64,000 nt of DNA from Candidatus Binatia bacterium (GTDB taxonomy: Bacteria; Desulfobacterota; Binatia; Bin18), in assembly GCA_963666315.2 (NCBI GenBank), contig CAXXHG010000015.1:223497-287496 (forward strand), in the 5' to 3' direction. How positions within the stretch are numbered: the first letter of the stretch is position 1; each line of letters opens with the position of its first letter. The notes beneath the pieces are model-generated. The model was not told the origin of the DNA. It saw only the letters and a program-made list of their open reading frames with translations, and made no database searches. Below are positions 1 through 9,056 of the stretch, piece after piece. The translations under genes and the position numbers were made by a program.

Positions 1-214
1 GTAGGGGGGACAAAAATGTCGCTACTTTCTGGGGGGTATCAACACCACGGCTCACAAGCAGCCGGGCCGTGAGAGGCGAGAGCGGCTCTGGATAGGCGTG
101 TGTTTCCGCAAGAAGCGTCCGAATACGATCGGGATCTGCCGAACGGGCGGTCCAACGCTTTTCTCGCTTTTCGAGCTTTTCACGCTCTTCGCGCCGTTGG
201 CCGGGCCCGCTCAT
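1..214 (-). CDS. recJ: Single-stranded-DNA exonuclease RecJ, 5' part (runs off the window edge)
   Basis: Not in the ORF track. ATG at 214 overlaps the secF stop (ATGA). The frame is open to the edge: MSGPGQRREEREKLEKREKRWTARSADPDRIRTLLAETHAYPEPLSPLTARLLVSRGVDTPQKVATFLSPL, which matches the RecJ N-terminal pattern (W...L.P..A.LL..RG......FL.P). secD-secF-recJ is a common gene order. Confidence 0.7.
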   Translation of the reverse strand, partial: MSGPGQRREEREKLEKREKRWTARSADPDRIRTLLAETHAYPEPLSPLTARLLVSRGVDTPQKVATFLSPL

Positions 215-1113
215 CGACGGGGTTTCTCTTTTTCCCACAACAACACAATGGGACTGGCGACGTAAATGGAGGAATACGTCCCTATCGTCATACCGACCAA
301 GAGCACCAGAGCAAAGGCGTGCAACACCGAGCCGCCTAAGAAAAAGAGGGCCAGAATAACCATCAGCACAGTGCCGGTTGTGATGACCGTCCGACTCAAC
401 GTTTCGTTGATGCTGCGATTAATAATAACGTGGAGCGTTTCACGCCGCAGTTTGCGCATGTTTTCTCGCACCCGGTCACACACGATCACCGTATCATTGA
501 CCGAATATCCAATGACGGTCAGCAGCGCGGCAACCACGGTCAGATCGAACTCCACGTCGGCCACGAGGAGAGCAGTGGTGGTAATCAACACGTCATGGAT
601 GAGCGCAATCGCCGCCCCTAGCCCGAAACGGAGCTCAAACCGAAATGCAAGATAGGTGCCCATCATGACCGTTGCAAACACCACGGCCAAAATTCCCTTG
701 CGGCGCAGATCTTTGCCCACTTTGGGCCCCACGCTTTCCACGCGCCGCACATCGTAGGCCTCTTCCCCAAATCCGTCGGCTAAGCTTTGACGAATGCGGT
801 TAGAGAAGTTTTCGACGCCTGTTTCAGACTTGGGTAACCGGATCAGAAATTCATCACCGTCCTGACCAAAGTCCTGAACGGTGATGTCAGCAATATCGGT
901 CTGCGAAACAACCGCACGGATACTGGCGGCATCAGTGGGTTGACTGAACTTGACATGCACGATGGTCCCGCCTGCAAAGTCTACCCCGTAGTTCAGACCT
1001 CCGCGATACCAAAAGGCCACCACCCCAAGCAGGATGAGGGCAGTCGAAAGTATAAATGCCCTTTTGACATAGCGCAGAAAATCAATCGTCGTCCCAGCTT
1101 TAATAAATTCCAT
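211..1113 (-). CDS. secF: Protein translocase subunit SecF
   Basis: GLNYGVDFAGG, VESVGPKVG, IGYSVNDTVIVCDRVRE and TLSRTVIT motifs; directly downstream of secD. Confidence 0.97.
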   Translation of the reverse strand: MEFIKAGTTIDFLRYVKRAFILSTALILLGVVAFWYRGGLNYGVDFAGGTIVHVKFSQPTDAASIRAVVSQTDIADITVQDFGQDGDEFLIRLPKSETGVENFSNRIRQSLADGFGEEAYDVRRVESVGPKVGKDLRRKGILAVVFATVMMGTYLAFRFELRFGLGAAIALIHDVLITTTALLVADVEFDLTVVAALLTVIGYSVNDTVIVCDRVRENMRKLRRETLHVIINRSINETLSRTVITTGTVLMVILALFFLGGSVLHAFALVLLVGMTIGTYSSIYVASPIVLLWEKEKPRR

Positions 1114-1155
1114 AGTCCTTCACCATTCGCACCATTCGACTCGTCACGTTTTTCC

Positions 1156-2721
1156 TTACACGCTCAGCGCGACGATGCGCCGCCGGAAAAGAAAACAGTC
1201 ATACACCACCCGGGTACAAAACACCGTGGTGAAAACTGTGCTGACAATACCGATACATAAGGTCACCGCAAAGCCCTTAATCGGACCGGACCCGAATTGA
1301 AACATAATCAGGCCTGACAAAAACGTCGTGATATTCGAGTCAAAAATGGCCGGCAGCGCACGCTCATAACCGGAGTCGATCGCAGCGCGGACGCCCTTGC
1401 CCATGCGCACCTCTTCTCGAATACGTTCAGTGATCAACACATTGGCGTCCACCGCCATACCAACTGTGAGGACAATTCCGGCGATACCCGGCAACGTCAG
1501 AGTTGCGTCAAAGGCTGCTAATGCAGCCAGCAGAAACAGAATATTCAGTAACAGGGCCAGATCGGCCAGCACCCCGGCCAGATTGTAATAGATCACCATG
1601 AAGATGATGACGGCCGCGCCACCTATCATAAAGGACAGGGCGCCCTGATCGATAGAATCCCGCCCGAGCGACGGCCCAACGGTCCGCTCTTCCGAAATCG
1701 TCACCGGCGCAGGCAGGGCTCCGGCACGCAGAATAATAGCCAAATCTCGGGCTTCTTTGATGTCAAAAGTTCCGTGGATAGAGGCCCGCCCGCCGCCTAT
1801 GCGTTCACGAATGACCGGTGCTGAATACACCGTATTATCGAGCACAATAGCCAGACGCCGACCAACGTTGTCACCCGTCAGCTCCTCAAAAATCTGCGAC
1901 CCGCGGTCACTCAGGATAAGCTCGACATACGGCCCTTCGACGTCCACACTAGGCCGCACGCGCGCATCCGATATCCCATCTCCGGTCATCAAGGTCGTCT
2001 TTTCTATCGTATACGTGGTCTTCGTCATCTCCCCACTTATCGGCTCGAGGGCTTGCCCATTCAGCGTCTCGGTCTCGACGCTGCTACCTTCTTCGGCCAC
2101 TAGCTTGAATTCCAGCAAGGCGGTTTTTCCGATCAGCGCTTTTGCGCGTTCCGGGTCCTGGATGCCGGGCAGCTGGACCAAAATATCCCGGTCGCCCTGG
2201 CGCTGAATAACAGGCTCAGCCACACCAAATTGGTCAATGCGATTACGAATGGTTTCGAGCGATTGGTCTACCGCATACTGCTCGAGCGCGTCAATCTGGC
2301 GGCGGTCGAGATCGACCACAATATCACCACCCGACCCAGCACCGAGTCGGGGTTCCAGGATGGCGAATTGCTCGGCCAGAATGTCTTGCGTGGTTTCTCG
2401 GTCCGCGGCTGAGCCGGTAGAGATAAACAGCGTCTTGCCCCGGCGTCCGATACTGACACTCGACACGTCAGCCTCACGCAGCGCACGGCGCAGCTCTTCA
2501 GCGTACCGATCTAAGCTATTCTCGACCGCTTTTTCCAGATCGACGGTGAGCAGCAAATAGGTCCCCCCCCGCAGGTCTAGGCCTAAACGAATCTGGTGCG
2601 AGGGCAGAAAGGACGGCCACCAGCCAGGCAACGCTGCGGTAAACGAAGGCGTAAGATAGATACTCCCCCACAGGGCCAGGCCGAGAACTAAAAGGATGCG
2701 ATACCGCAGACCTTGAGGCAT
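1156..2721 (-). CDS. secD: Protein translocase subunit SecD
   Basis: LGLDLRGG, IRNRIDQFGVAEP, GMAVDANVLITERIREE and GPIKGFAVTL motifs. Confidence 0.97.
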   Translation of the reverse strand: MPQGLRYRILLVLGLALWGSIYLTPSFTAALPGWWPSFLPSHQIRLGLDLRGGTYLLLTVDLEKAVENSLDRYAEELRRALREADVSSVSIGRRGKTLFISTGSAADRETTQDILAEQFAILEPRLGAGSGGDIVVDLDRRQIDALEQYAVDQSLETIRNRIDQFGVAEPVIQRQGDRDILVQLPGIQDPERAKALIGKTALLEFKLVAEEGSSVETETLNGQALEPISGEMTKTTYTIEKTTLMTGDGISDARVRPSVDVEGPYVELILSDRGSQIFEELTGDNVGRRLAIVLDNTVYSAPVIRERIGGGRASIHGTFDIKEARDLAIILRAGALPAPVTISEERTVGPSLGRDSIDQGALSFMIGGAAVIIFMVIYYNLAGVLADLALLLNILFLLAALAAFDATLTLPGIAGIVLTVGMAVDANVLITERIREEVRMGKGVRAAIDSGYERALPAIFDSNITTFLSGLIMFQFGSGPIKGFAVTLCIGIVSTVFTTVFCTRVVYDCFLFRRRIVALSV

Positions 2722-3083
2722 TACTTATCCTTTCCCTTTCCCTTTTTCTTATCAGAGCCCGCTGCCTTGCCCGTGCCGCCCTCCCCAATCACAGTCTCGA
2801 TCTTGGAGCGTTCGACTCGAATGCGGACGTTTTGGGCAAGTTCAAGGGAAATGACTTTTTCGCCCAGTTCCATAACCCGCCCGTAAATACCACCGGCGGT
2901 CACGACTTCATCATTCCGCTTGAGATCGTCGAGCAATTGCTTGTGGGCTTTTGTCTTTTGCTGTTGGGGGCGAATAAGCAGGAAGTAAAACACAACAAAA
3001 ATAAGAATCAACGGGAAAAACTGTACCAGCGGACCCGGCCCCGCCGGTACATCCTCGGTTTGTGCATATGCGAGACTGGTCAT
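2721..3083 (-). CDS. yajC: Preprotein translocase subunit YajC
   Basis: FYFLLIRPQQQK and DEVVTAGGIYG motifs; lies between tgt and secD. Confidence 0.95.
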   Translation of the reverse strand: MTSLAYAQTEDVPAGPGPLVQFFPLILIFVVFYFLLIRPQQQKTKAHKQLLDDLKRNDEVVTAGGIYGRVMELGEKVISLELAQNVRIRVERSKIETVIGEGGTGKAAGSDKKKGKGKDK

Positions 3084-3093
3084 ACTCTCTCCT

Positions 3094-4275
<1,182 letters not shown>

Positions 4276-4383
4276 TTAGCTTGCTGGACTTGTTGGACTT
4301 GTCCGAGTCGTTTTAGTCATTTTTTCAAACTCGTGCAACTACTTCCGGACCTGCCAGCGTCATGCAAAAGCCATTCCCGCTAC

Positions 4384-4438
4384 AGATTGCTTCGCTTCGC
4401 TCGCAATGACGTGTATCGCGACTTTCCAAACACCCTCT
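4384..4438. repeat. REP-like palindrome followed by a MITE-like end
   Basis: AGATTGCTTCGCTTCGCTCGCAATGAC (4384-4410) is a hairpin of a widely seen intergenic repeat type. ACTTTCCAAACACCCTCT (4421-4438), reverse-complemented, matches the left end of the 50503-50666 element at 13/18 positions. Confidence 0.55.
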
Positions 4439-4610
4439 TGTCGGAACCCATAGAGAGAAGCGTAGATCCAAATGGGCAGGCGTTAGGCTGCGGGGTGTTA
4501 GACTGCAGAATTTGGCAGCCTACCGCTTAGAATACAGATCTTGAAGGTTTGCCGGCGAAGCTGGGAGGTCTTGTCAACAAGTGTGTAAAGAACAAAGCGG
4601 CGCAGTTGCG

Positions 4611-4648
4611 AGAAAAGAGGGAGTCCGCGTCTGGGTGACGGACTCCCT
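4611..4648 (-). terminator. Probable intrinsic terminator of the TolB-like gene
   Basis: 10-bp stem AGGGAGTCCG/CGGACTCCCT followed on the minus strand by CTTTTCT, just after the stop at 4667. Confidence 0.55.
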
Positions 4649-4666
4649 GCCCGTGCGTGCAGGTTT

Positions 4667-5129
4667 TTACAGGCTGCGCCCTCTGCTGTAACACTCCACC
4701 ATCACCCCGAGGAGCAGCCCGGCCAACAACGCGCCCACGCCATCGTGTGGAACGAGTGGTGGCGTTAAACACAAGCTGGCTGCCATCCGGACTGAATTGG
4801 GGCCTTTGGCTGCCTCCCGTGGTGGTGGTCGTGACGGGCGTGAAGATGCCGGTGGCGATGGTAAACCGCACAATCTCAGAGTTGCCATCGGCATTGGGCA
4901 CGCCGGGCAGATCAGTCCCGGTGGACCGAAACACAAGCTGGCTGCCATCCGGACTGAATTGGGGAACACGGCTGTCTCCCGTGGTGGTCGTCGTGACGGG
5001 GGTGAGCGTACACACTTGCGCCCAGGCTGCCCATGGTGGACTCCCAAAGATTCCCAGCCCGATCAACACCGCGACGAGACGGCGGCGCCACACAGAGACC
5101 GGGCATGCAAGACGAGCCACGGTTGACAT
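4667..5129 (-). pseudogene. Internally deleted secreted TolB/PD40 (WD40-like) repeat protein
   Basis: ATG at 5129 with an AAGGA RBS; signal peptide (RRRLVAVLIGLGIF...AAWAQ); only two PQFSPDGSQLVF repeats. A hydrophobic C-terminal anchor (VPHDGVGALLAGLLLGVMV...RGRSL*) lies in a different frame ending at 4667. Confidence 0.6.
4767..5005. repeat. Two 77-bp intragenic direct repeats, period 162 bp
   Basis: 4767-4843 and 4929-5005 share an identical 36-bp core AAACACAAGCTGGCTGCCATCCGGACTGAATTGGGG that encodes the PD40 repeat. Confidence 0.9.
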
Positions 5130-5410
5130 CTGTAGTCCTTTCTTTGGCCGCCGGAACCTCCCACCGCTTCGGAGCGGATCCGTTGGCCGGGTGCGGTGCA
5201 GGCGACCAGCACGCAGATGCGTCCTGCTTATATAGCTAAACAAGCCGTGCAATCAATCCCGTGTCGCCCCACGGAGGGAGGCTCTATGCGTGTCCCCGCA
5301 CCTCGCCTCCGTCAACGCCAGCAAAAAAGGCACACCATACCCCGGTCACGGAGACGGACGACCAGCGGGGGAAGATGGAGCGGACAATCTTTGGGGGTAA
5401 CTCACACTTC

Positions 5411-5516
5411 GGGGTAAAAGGGGTCAAATCTTTACTCTTGACTATTGAGGGAGCGCAGCCTCTCAATCCGGAACATGACGCGTCTCTTACGCCTGGTGGG
5501 AAAAAAAGGGACGTCC
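5411..5516 (+). repeat. Copy 1 of ~105-bp unit (putative 5' end of a RAYT/TnpA-REP-like element)
   Basis: GGGGTAAAAGGGGTCAAATCTTTACTCTTGACT...ATGACGCGTCTCTTACGCCTGG-TGGGAAAAAAAGGGACGT; ATG at 5475 gives MTRLLRL. Confidence 0.7.
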
Positions 5517-5680
5517 TTGAAGGAGCGGAATACCAGGGGCGGTCTTACGGCCCCGCCGTTGATGCCGCTTTCTCCCCAGCTCCGCGTAGGTCTCCAATAG
5601 GTGTCCTCAGCGCCTCAGCCACCGCTTCCTGAATTCTCCCCAATCCATCGTGTATGAGGAGCGTCAATACAAATCGACAA

Positions 5681-5782
5681 GGAGTAAAAGGGATCAAATC
5701 TTTACCCTTGACTTTTAGGAGCACCGTCTCTCAATCCTGAACATGACGCGCCCCTTACGCCTGGTGGGAAAAAGGGACGTTC
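5681..5782 (+). repeat. Copy 2 of ~105-bp unit (putative 5' end of a RAYT/TnpA-REP-like element)
   Basis: GGAGTAAAAGGGATCAAATCTTTACCCTTGACT...ATGACGCGCCCCTTACGCCTGG-TGGGAAAAAGGGACGT; ATG at 5743 gives MTRPLRL, resembling the M(A/T)RPLR N-terminus of REP-associated tyrosine transposases. Confidence 0.7.
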
Positions 5783-5834
5783 GTGGTTGACGAATAAAGG
5801 ACGTTGCAACCTTTTTAACCTTACGCTCGATCGC

Positions 5835-6518
5835 GCGGCTGAGTACAGCGTTCGCTTCTCAGATTATGACTTTCCTCACAGCCTCAATTAGGTTATATTA
5901 TTACCTCAATGAAATATGAGGTTCGGATCAAGAAGAAAGTAGCGCGCGGTTTGACGAAGCTACCTTCTGATGTTCAGAAACTCTTCTTCTTGCTTGTCAC
6001 GGATCTCCAGGTAGATGGCCCGATTCAGAAGAGCTGGCGGAACTTCTCGCCACTCGGGAAGGATAGCTACCACTGCCACTTGGGCTATAGATACGTGGCT
6101 TGCTGGACTTGCCGTAAGACAACTATAGCAATCGAGGTGTATTATGTTGGCTCTCGTGAAAAAGCCCCATATTGAACTCTCCATGCATGGCGAGCATGTT
6201 GAGGAACTGCTCGACTGGATCAAGAAGAAATACGACGTAGCCATCCTTACGGAAGAACCGGAGGACGAACTCATCCCGATCGAGAGTACCACGTACTGGC
6301 AAGAAATGGAGAAGAATCGCATTGGCAACCTGCTGGGCGGTGCCCGTTTGAAGGCCGGGCTAACTCAGGCTCAGCTCGCAGAAAAGCTGGGTATTCGTCA
6401 GAACATGGTCAGCGACTATGAAAGGGGCCGGCGCATCTATTCCGACGCGATGGCCAAGCGCCTTAGCAAGGCTCTTGAGGTAAAGGAAGAACATCTGAGA
6501 TATAGAAGCGAACCCGGC
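5835..6518 (+). mobile_element. Probable integron-derived gene cassette (TA pair) with truncated attC halves
   Basis: Upstream GCGGCTGAGTACAGC-GTTCGCTTCT resembles an attC 3' half. GTTCGCTTCT (5850-5859) is the exact reverse complement of AGAAGCGAAC (6504-6513) at the end of the antitoxin domain, the R'/R'' relationship expected of an integrated cassette. Confidence 0.55.
5909..6175 (+). CDS. RelE/ParE-superfamily (HigB-like) type II toxin
   Basis: 88 aa, basic; MKYEVRIKKKVARGLTKLP...YHCHL..RYVACW...IEVYYVGSREKAPY; overlaps the downstream HTH gene. Confidence 0.8.
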   Translation: MKYEVRIKKKVARGLTKLPSDVQKLFFLLVTDLQVDGPIQKSWRNFSPLGKDSYHCHLGYRYVACWTCRKTTIAIEVYYVGSREKAPY

Positions 6519-6584
6519 TCCAGGTCAGGGAAAAAAGGACATTCTCAAAGTAGCGGAATAACCGGGACAAGCTCACGACTCTGA
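6144..6584 (+). CDS. XRE-family HTH antitoxin (HigA-like)
   Basis: ARLKAGLTQAQLAEKLGIRQNMVSDYERGRR helix-turn-helix; toxin-first gene order. The last ~25 residues read through the attC remnant. Confidence 0.85.
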   Translation: MLALVKKPHIELSMHGEHVEELLDWIKKKYDVAILTEEPEDELIPIESTTYWQEMEKNRIGNLLGGARLKAGLTQAQLAEKLGIRQNMVSDYERGRRIYSDAMAKRLSKALEVKEEHLRYRSEPGSRSGKKGHSQSSGITGTSSRL

Positions 6585-6605
6585 CTCTGAGAGGAGGAAA
6601 TAGCC

Positions 6606-7034
6606 TTGTTTCAAGGAACCAGAGTAGGCTGGATGGCAGTGTGGGCGCCGGTGTTTTGCCTGGGTGGGTGTTCTCCGAATAACGGTGCTTCGCAGACCGG
6701 CGAAATACCCCCGGCTCCCGAAATGCCCGCACATTGGACAGTCACTTCCGACTTTCAAGTGCCGCTGGAGCAGGTCCAGGTAATGAGCGAGAAGCTTGGT
6801 GCGGACCTCAGCAACGTTCGAAATACCGTCTATGACGTGCAGGGGAAGCGCGTTCGGATCAATGTCATAGTTACCCCAGACCCGGGGAACGCCGAAAGGC
6901 TGATAACGAAACTCCGGTCGATGAAGGTCGAAGAAGCTCTGCTGCAAAAGGACCTGATCGTTTACGAGTTTGTAGGCAAGAATGACGTCCTCCCTCAAAT
7001 TGCAGAAGGACGCAGGCACCTCGATTCAAAGTAG
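6606..7034 (+). CDS. Hypothetical lipoprotein
   Basis: GAGGAGG RBS before a TTG start; lipobox-like FCLGGC; no family recognised. Confidence 0.65.
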   Translation: MFQGTRVGWMAVWAPVFCLGGCSPNNGASQTGEIPPAPEMPAHWTVTSDFQVPLEQVQVMSEKLGADLSNVRNTVYDVQGKRVRINVIVTPDPGNAERLITKLRSMKVEEALLQKDLIVYEFVGKNDVLPQIAEGRRHLDSK

Positions 7035-7112
7035 TCCACGTGCTTGGGGTAAGGATTGAAGATGACAGGCAGACATGGTGGACTATCTACCGCCTTGATC
7101 CAGACGCGATCA

Positions 7113-8150
7113 TTACACAATCAACATGGCATCCCCGTAACTGTAAAACCGATAACGCTGCTGTACGGCTTCAGCGTACGCGTTCAATACACACTCCCGC
7201 CCGGCAAACGCCGACACCAGGAGAAGGAGAGTTGAACGTGGAAGGTGGAAATTCGTGATGAGGCCATCAACGACTCGGAACTGATAGCCGGGATACATAA
7301 ATATGTCTGTCTGGTTGAGTCCGGACTGGACCAGTCCATCCCCTCGGGCAGACGCTTCGAGCGCCCGCGTTGTAGTCGTACCAACCGCAATAATTTTTCG
7401 ACCAGCGGCTTTGGCGGTGTTGATAAGCCCTGCGGTCTCTGGGTCGATCTCGTACGATTCGACTCCCATGGTATGTGTCTCGACTTCTTCCACTCGAATC
7501 GGCTGGAAGGTGCCCAGACCAACGTGCAGGGTGATAAAGCAGAGCTGGATCCCCGCCTGCTCCAAGCGGGGCAGTAATTCCGGAGTAAAATGTAGTCCGG
7601 CAGTTGGGGCGGCAACCGCGCCGGCCCGGCGGGCATACACGGTCTGGTAGCGCTCTTGATCCTGCGGATGCTGACCGGGCGAACGCTTGATATAGGGCGG
7701 CAGCGGGACTTCGCCGTGTTGCGCTAAGAGACGGAGAAAGTCTTTACGCGGGAAAAAGCGAACAAGGCCTTGACCTTGCTTCGGCGCTTCGAACCAGACA
7801 CCCCAAAAGTCATCCGCAAATGTAATACGTTCTCCGGCCTTGATATTCTGGCCACCTTTACACAAGACCTGCCACATCTCTTCATCTGCAGGCATCCGCC
7901 GAACGAGCAAGAGTTCCACTTTCCCACCCGCCTGTTTGCGACCGCGTAAGCGGGCCGGAATGACCCGCGTGTTGTTTAATACGAGCGCACAGTTACTGGG
8001 AAGCAAACTGAGAAGATCGGAAAATTGGTGGTGAGAAAAACGCGCGTGGTCGCGGGAGACACACAGAAGCCGGGCGTGATCCCGTTTCTCAGCAGGCTCT
8101 TGGGCAATCAGCTCAGGCGGCAGTTCGTAATCGAAGTCGGACAGGTCCAT
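7113..8150 (-). CDS. queA: S-adenosylmethionine:tRNA ribosyltransferase-isomerase
   Basis: DFDYELPPELIAQEP, PLPPYIKR, AAPTAGLHFT, TNFHLPRSTL and YRFYSYGDAMLI motifs. Confidence 0.98.
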   Translation of the reverse strand: MDLSDFDYELPPELIAQEPAEKRDHARLLCVSRDHARFSHHQFSDLLSLLPSNCALVLNNTRVIPARLRGRKQAGGKVELLLVRRMPADEEMWQVLCKGGQNIKAGERITFADDFWGVWFEAPKQGQGLVRFFPRKDFLRLLAQHGEVPLPPYIKRSPGQHPQDQERYQTVYARRAGAVAAPTAGLHFTPELLPRLEQAGIQLCFITLHVGLGTFQPIRVEEVETHTMGVESYEIDPETAGLINTAKAAGRKIIAVGTTTTRALEASARGDGLVQSGLNQTDIFMYPGYQFRVVDGLITNFHLPRSTLLLLVSAFAGRECVLNAYAEAVQQRYRFYSYGDAMLIV

Positions 8151-8191
8151 TGCAGGTCCAATAGCAGGTCTATTGAATGGAGCAGGCAGAG

Positions 8192-8228
8192 GTCAGCAGA
8201 GACGCTCGGTCAGAGCGCCTCTGCTGAC
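8192..8228. terminator. Intergenic hairpin between the SPFH gene and queA
   Basis: GTCAGCAGAGACGCTC / GAGCGCCTCTGCTGAC, a 16-bp stem with one mismatch; no clear U-tract. Confidence 0.4.
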
Positions 8229-8240
8229 GGCAGGACTTCG

Positions 8241-9041
8241 TTACGTTGTTGAACTATCGGTCGAGCCGCCGGAGGAGGACGTTCCGCCCGGACCACCCAG
8301 AAAGGGGCGCAGCAAATCAATCGGTATAGGAAACAGGGTGGTCGAGTTATTCTCTGTCGCCACCTCAGACAACGTTTGCAGATAGCGCAGTTGCAGGGCG
8401 ATGGGATGGTCCTCAATAATCACTGCGGCGTCGACCAGCCGCTGGGACGCCTGATATTCCCCCTCGGCATTAATGACCTTGGCCCGCCGGTCACGCTCCG
8501 CCTCCGCTTGTTTCGCCAGTGCGCGTTGCATCTCGTGCGGCAGATCAATATCCTTGACTTCGACCAAGGAGACCTTCACCCCCCACGGATCCGTCTGCGT
8601 GTCCACAATCTCCTGGAGCCGACCGTTAATCTTATCCCTATCGGACAGCAGCTCATCCAATTCGGCTTGGCCACACACACTGCGCAGCGTCGTCTGGGCT
8701 AACTGCGAGGTGGCAAACAAATAATTCTCAATCTCAACCGTGGCCTTATTCGGCTCCAGCACGCGGAAATAAAGTACGGCGTTGACTTTCACCGAGACAT
8801 TATCTTTGGTGATGACGTCTTGGGCGGGGATGTCCAGGGTAACGGTGCGCATATCGACTCGCACCATGCGTTCGATCATCGGGATGATGTAGATGAGCCC
8901 GGGCCCGCGGTGATTCACCAGCCGGCCAAGCCGAAAAACCACGGCCCGTTCATACTCAGACAGGATTTTTACGCCACTGGCGAGCAGCACTAAGCCAATA
9001 ACCAAAAATGTCACAATCGGACCAAAGCCAAACATAAGCAC
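8241..9041 (-). CDS. SPFH/stomatin-like (slipin) protein
   Basis: [49 protein letters not shown] and [10 protein letters not shown] motifs; paired with NfeD. Confidence 0.95.
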   Translation of the reverse strand: MLMFGFGPIVTFLVIGLVLLASGVKILSEYERAVVFRLGRLVNHRGPGLIYIIPMIERMVRVDMRTVTLDIPAQDVITKDNVSVKVNAVLYFRVLEPNKATVEIENYLFATSQLAQTTLRSVCGQAELDELLSDRDKINGRLQEIVDTQTDPWGVKVSLVEVKDIDLPHEMQRALAKQAEAERDRRAKVINAEGEYQASQRLVDAAVIIEDHPIALQLRYLQTLSEVATENNSTTLFPIPIDLLRPFLGGPGGTSSSGGSTDSSTT

Positions 9042-9056
9042 TCTCCCTTTCCGCGG

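Noticed and set aside
4527-5252. 241-aa ORF taken at face value
   Set aside because: Residues before the ATG at 5129 and after the second PD40 repeat look like read-through of non-coding or out-of-frame DNA.
5545-5660. Minus-strand fragment RIQEAVAEALRTPIGDL resembling the end of an HTH protein
   Set aside because: Too short and lacks a convincing start; treated only as possible cargo debris.
5411-5782. Repeat pair as a CRISPR array or intact IS
   Set aside because: Only two ~105-bp copies are present, with no transposase ORF and no terminal inverted repeats.
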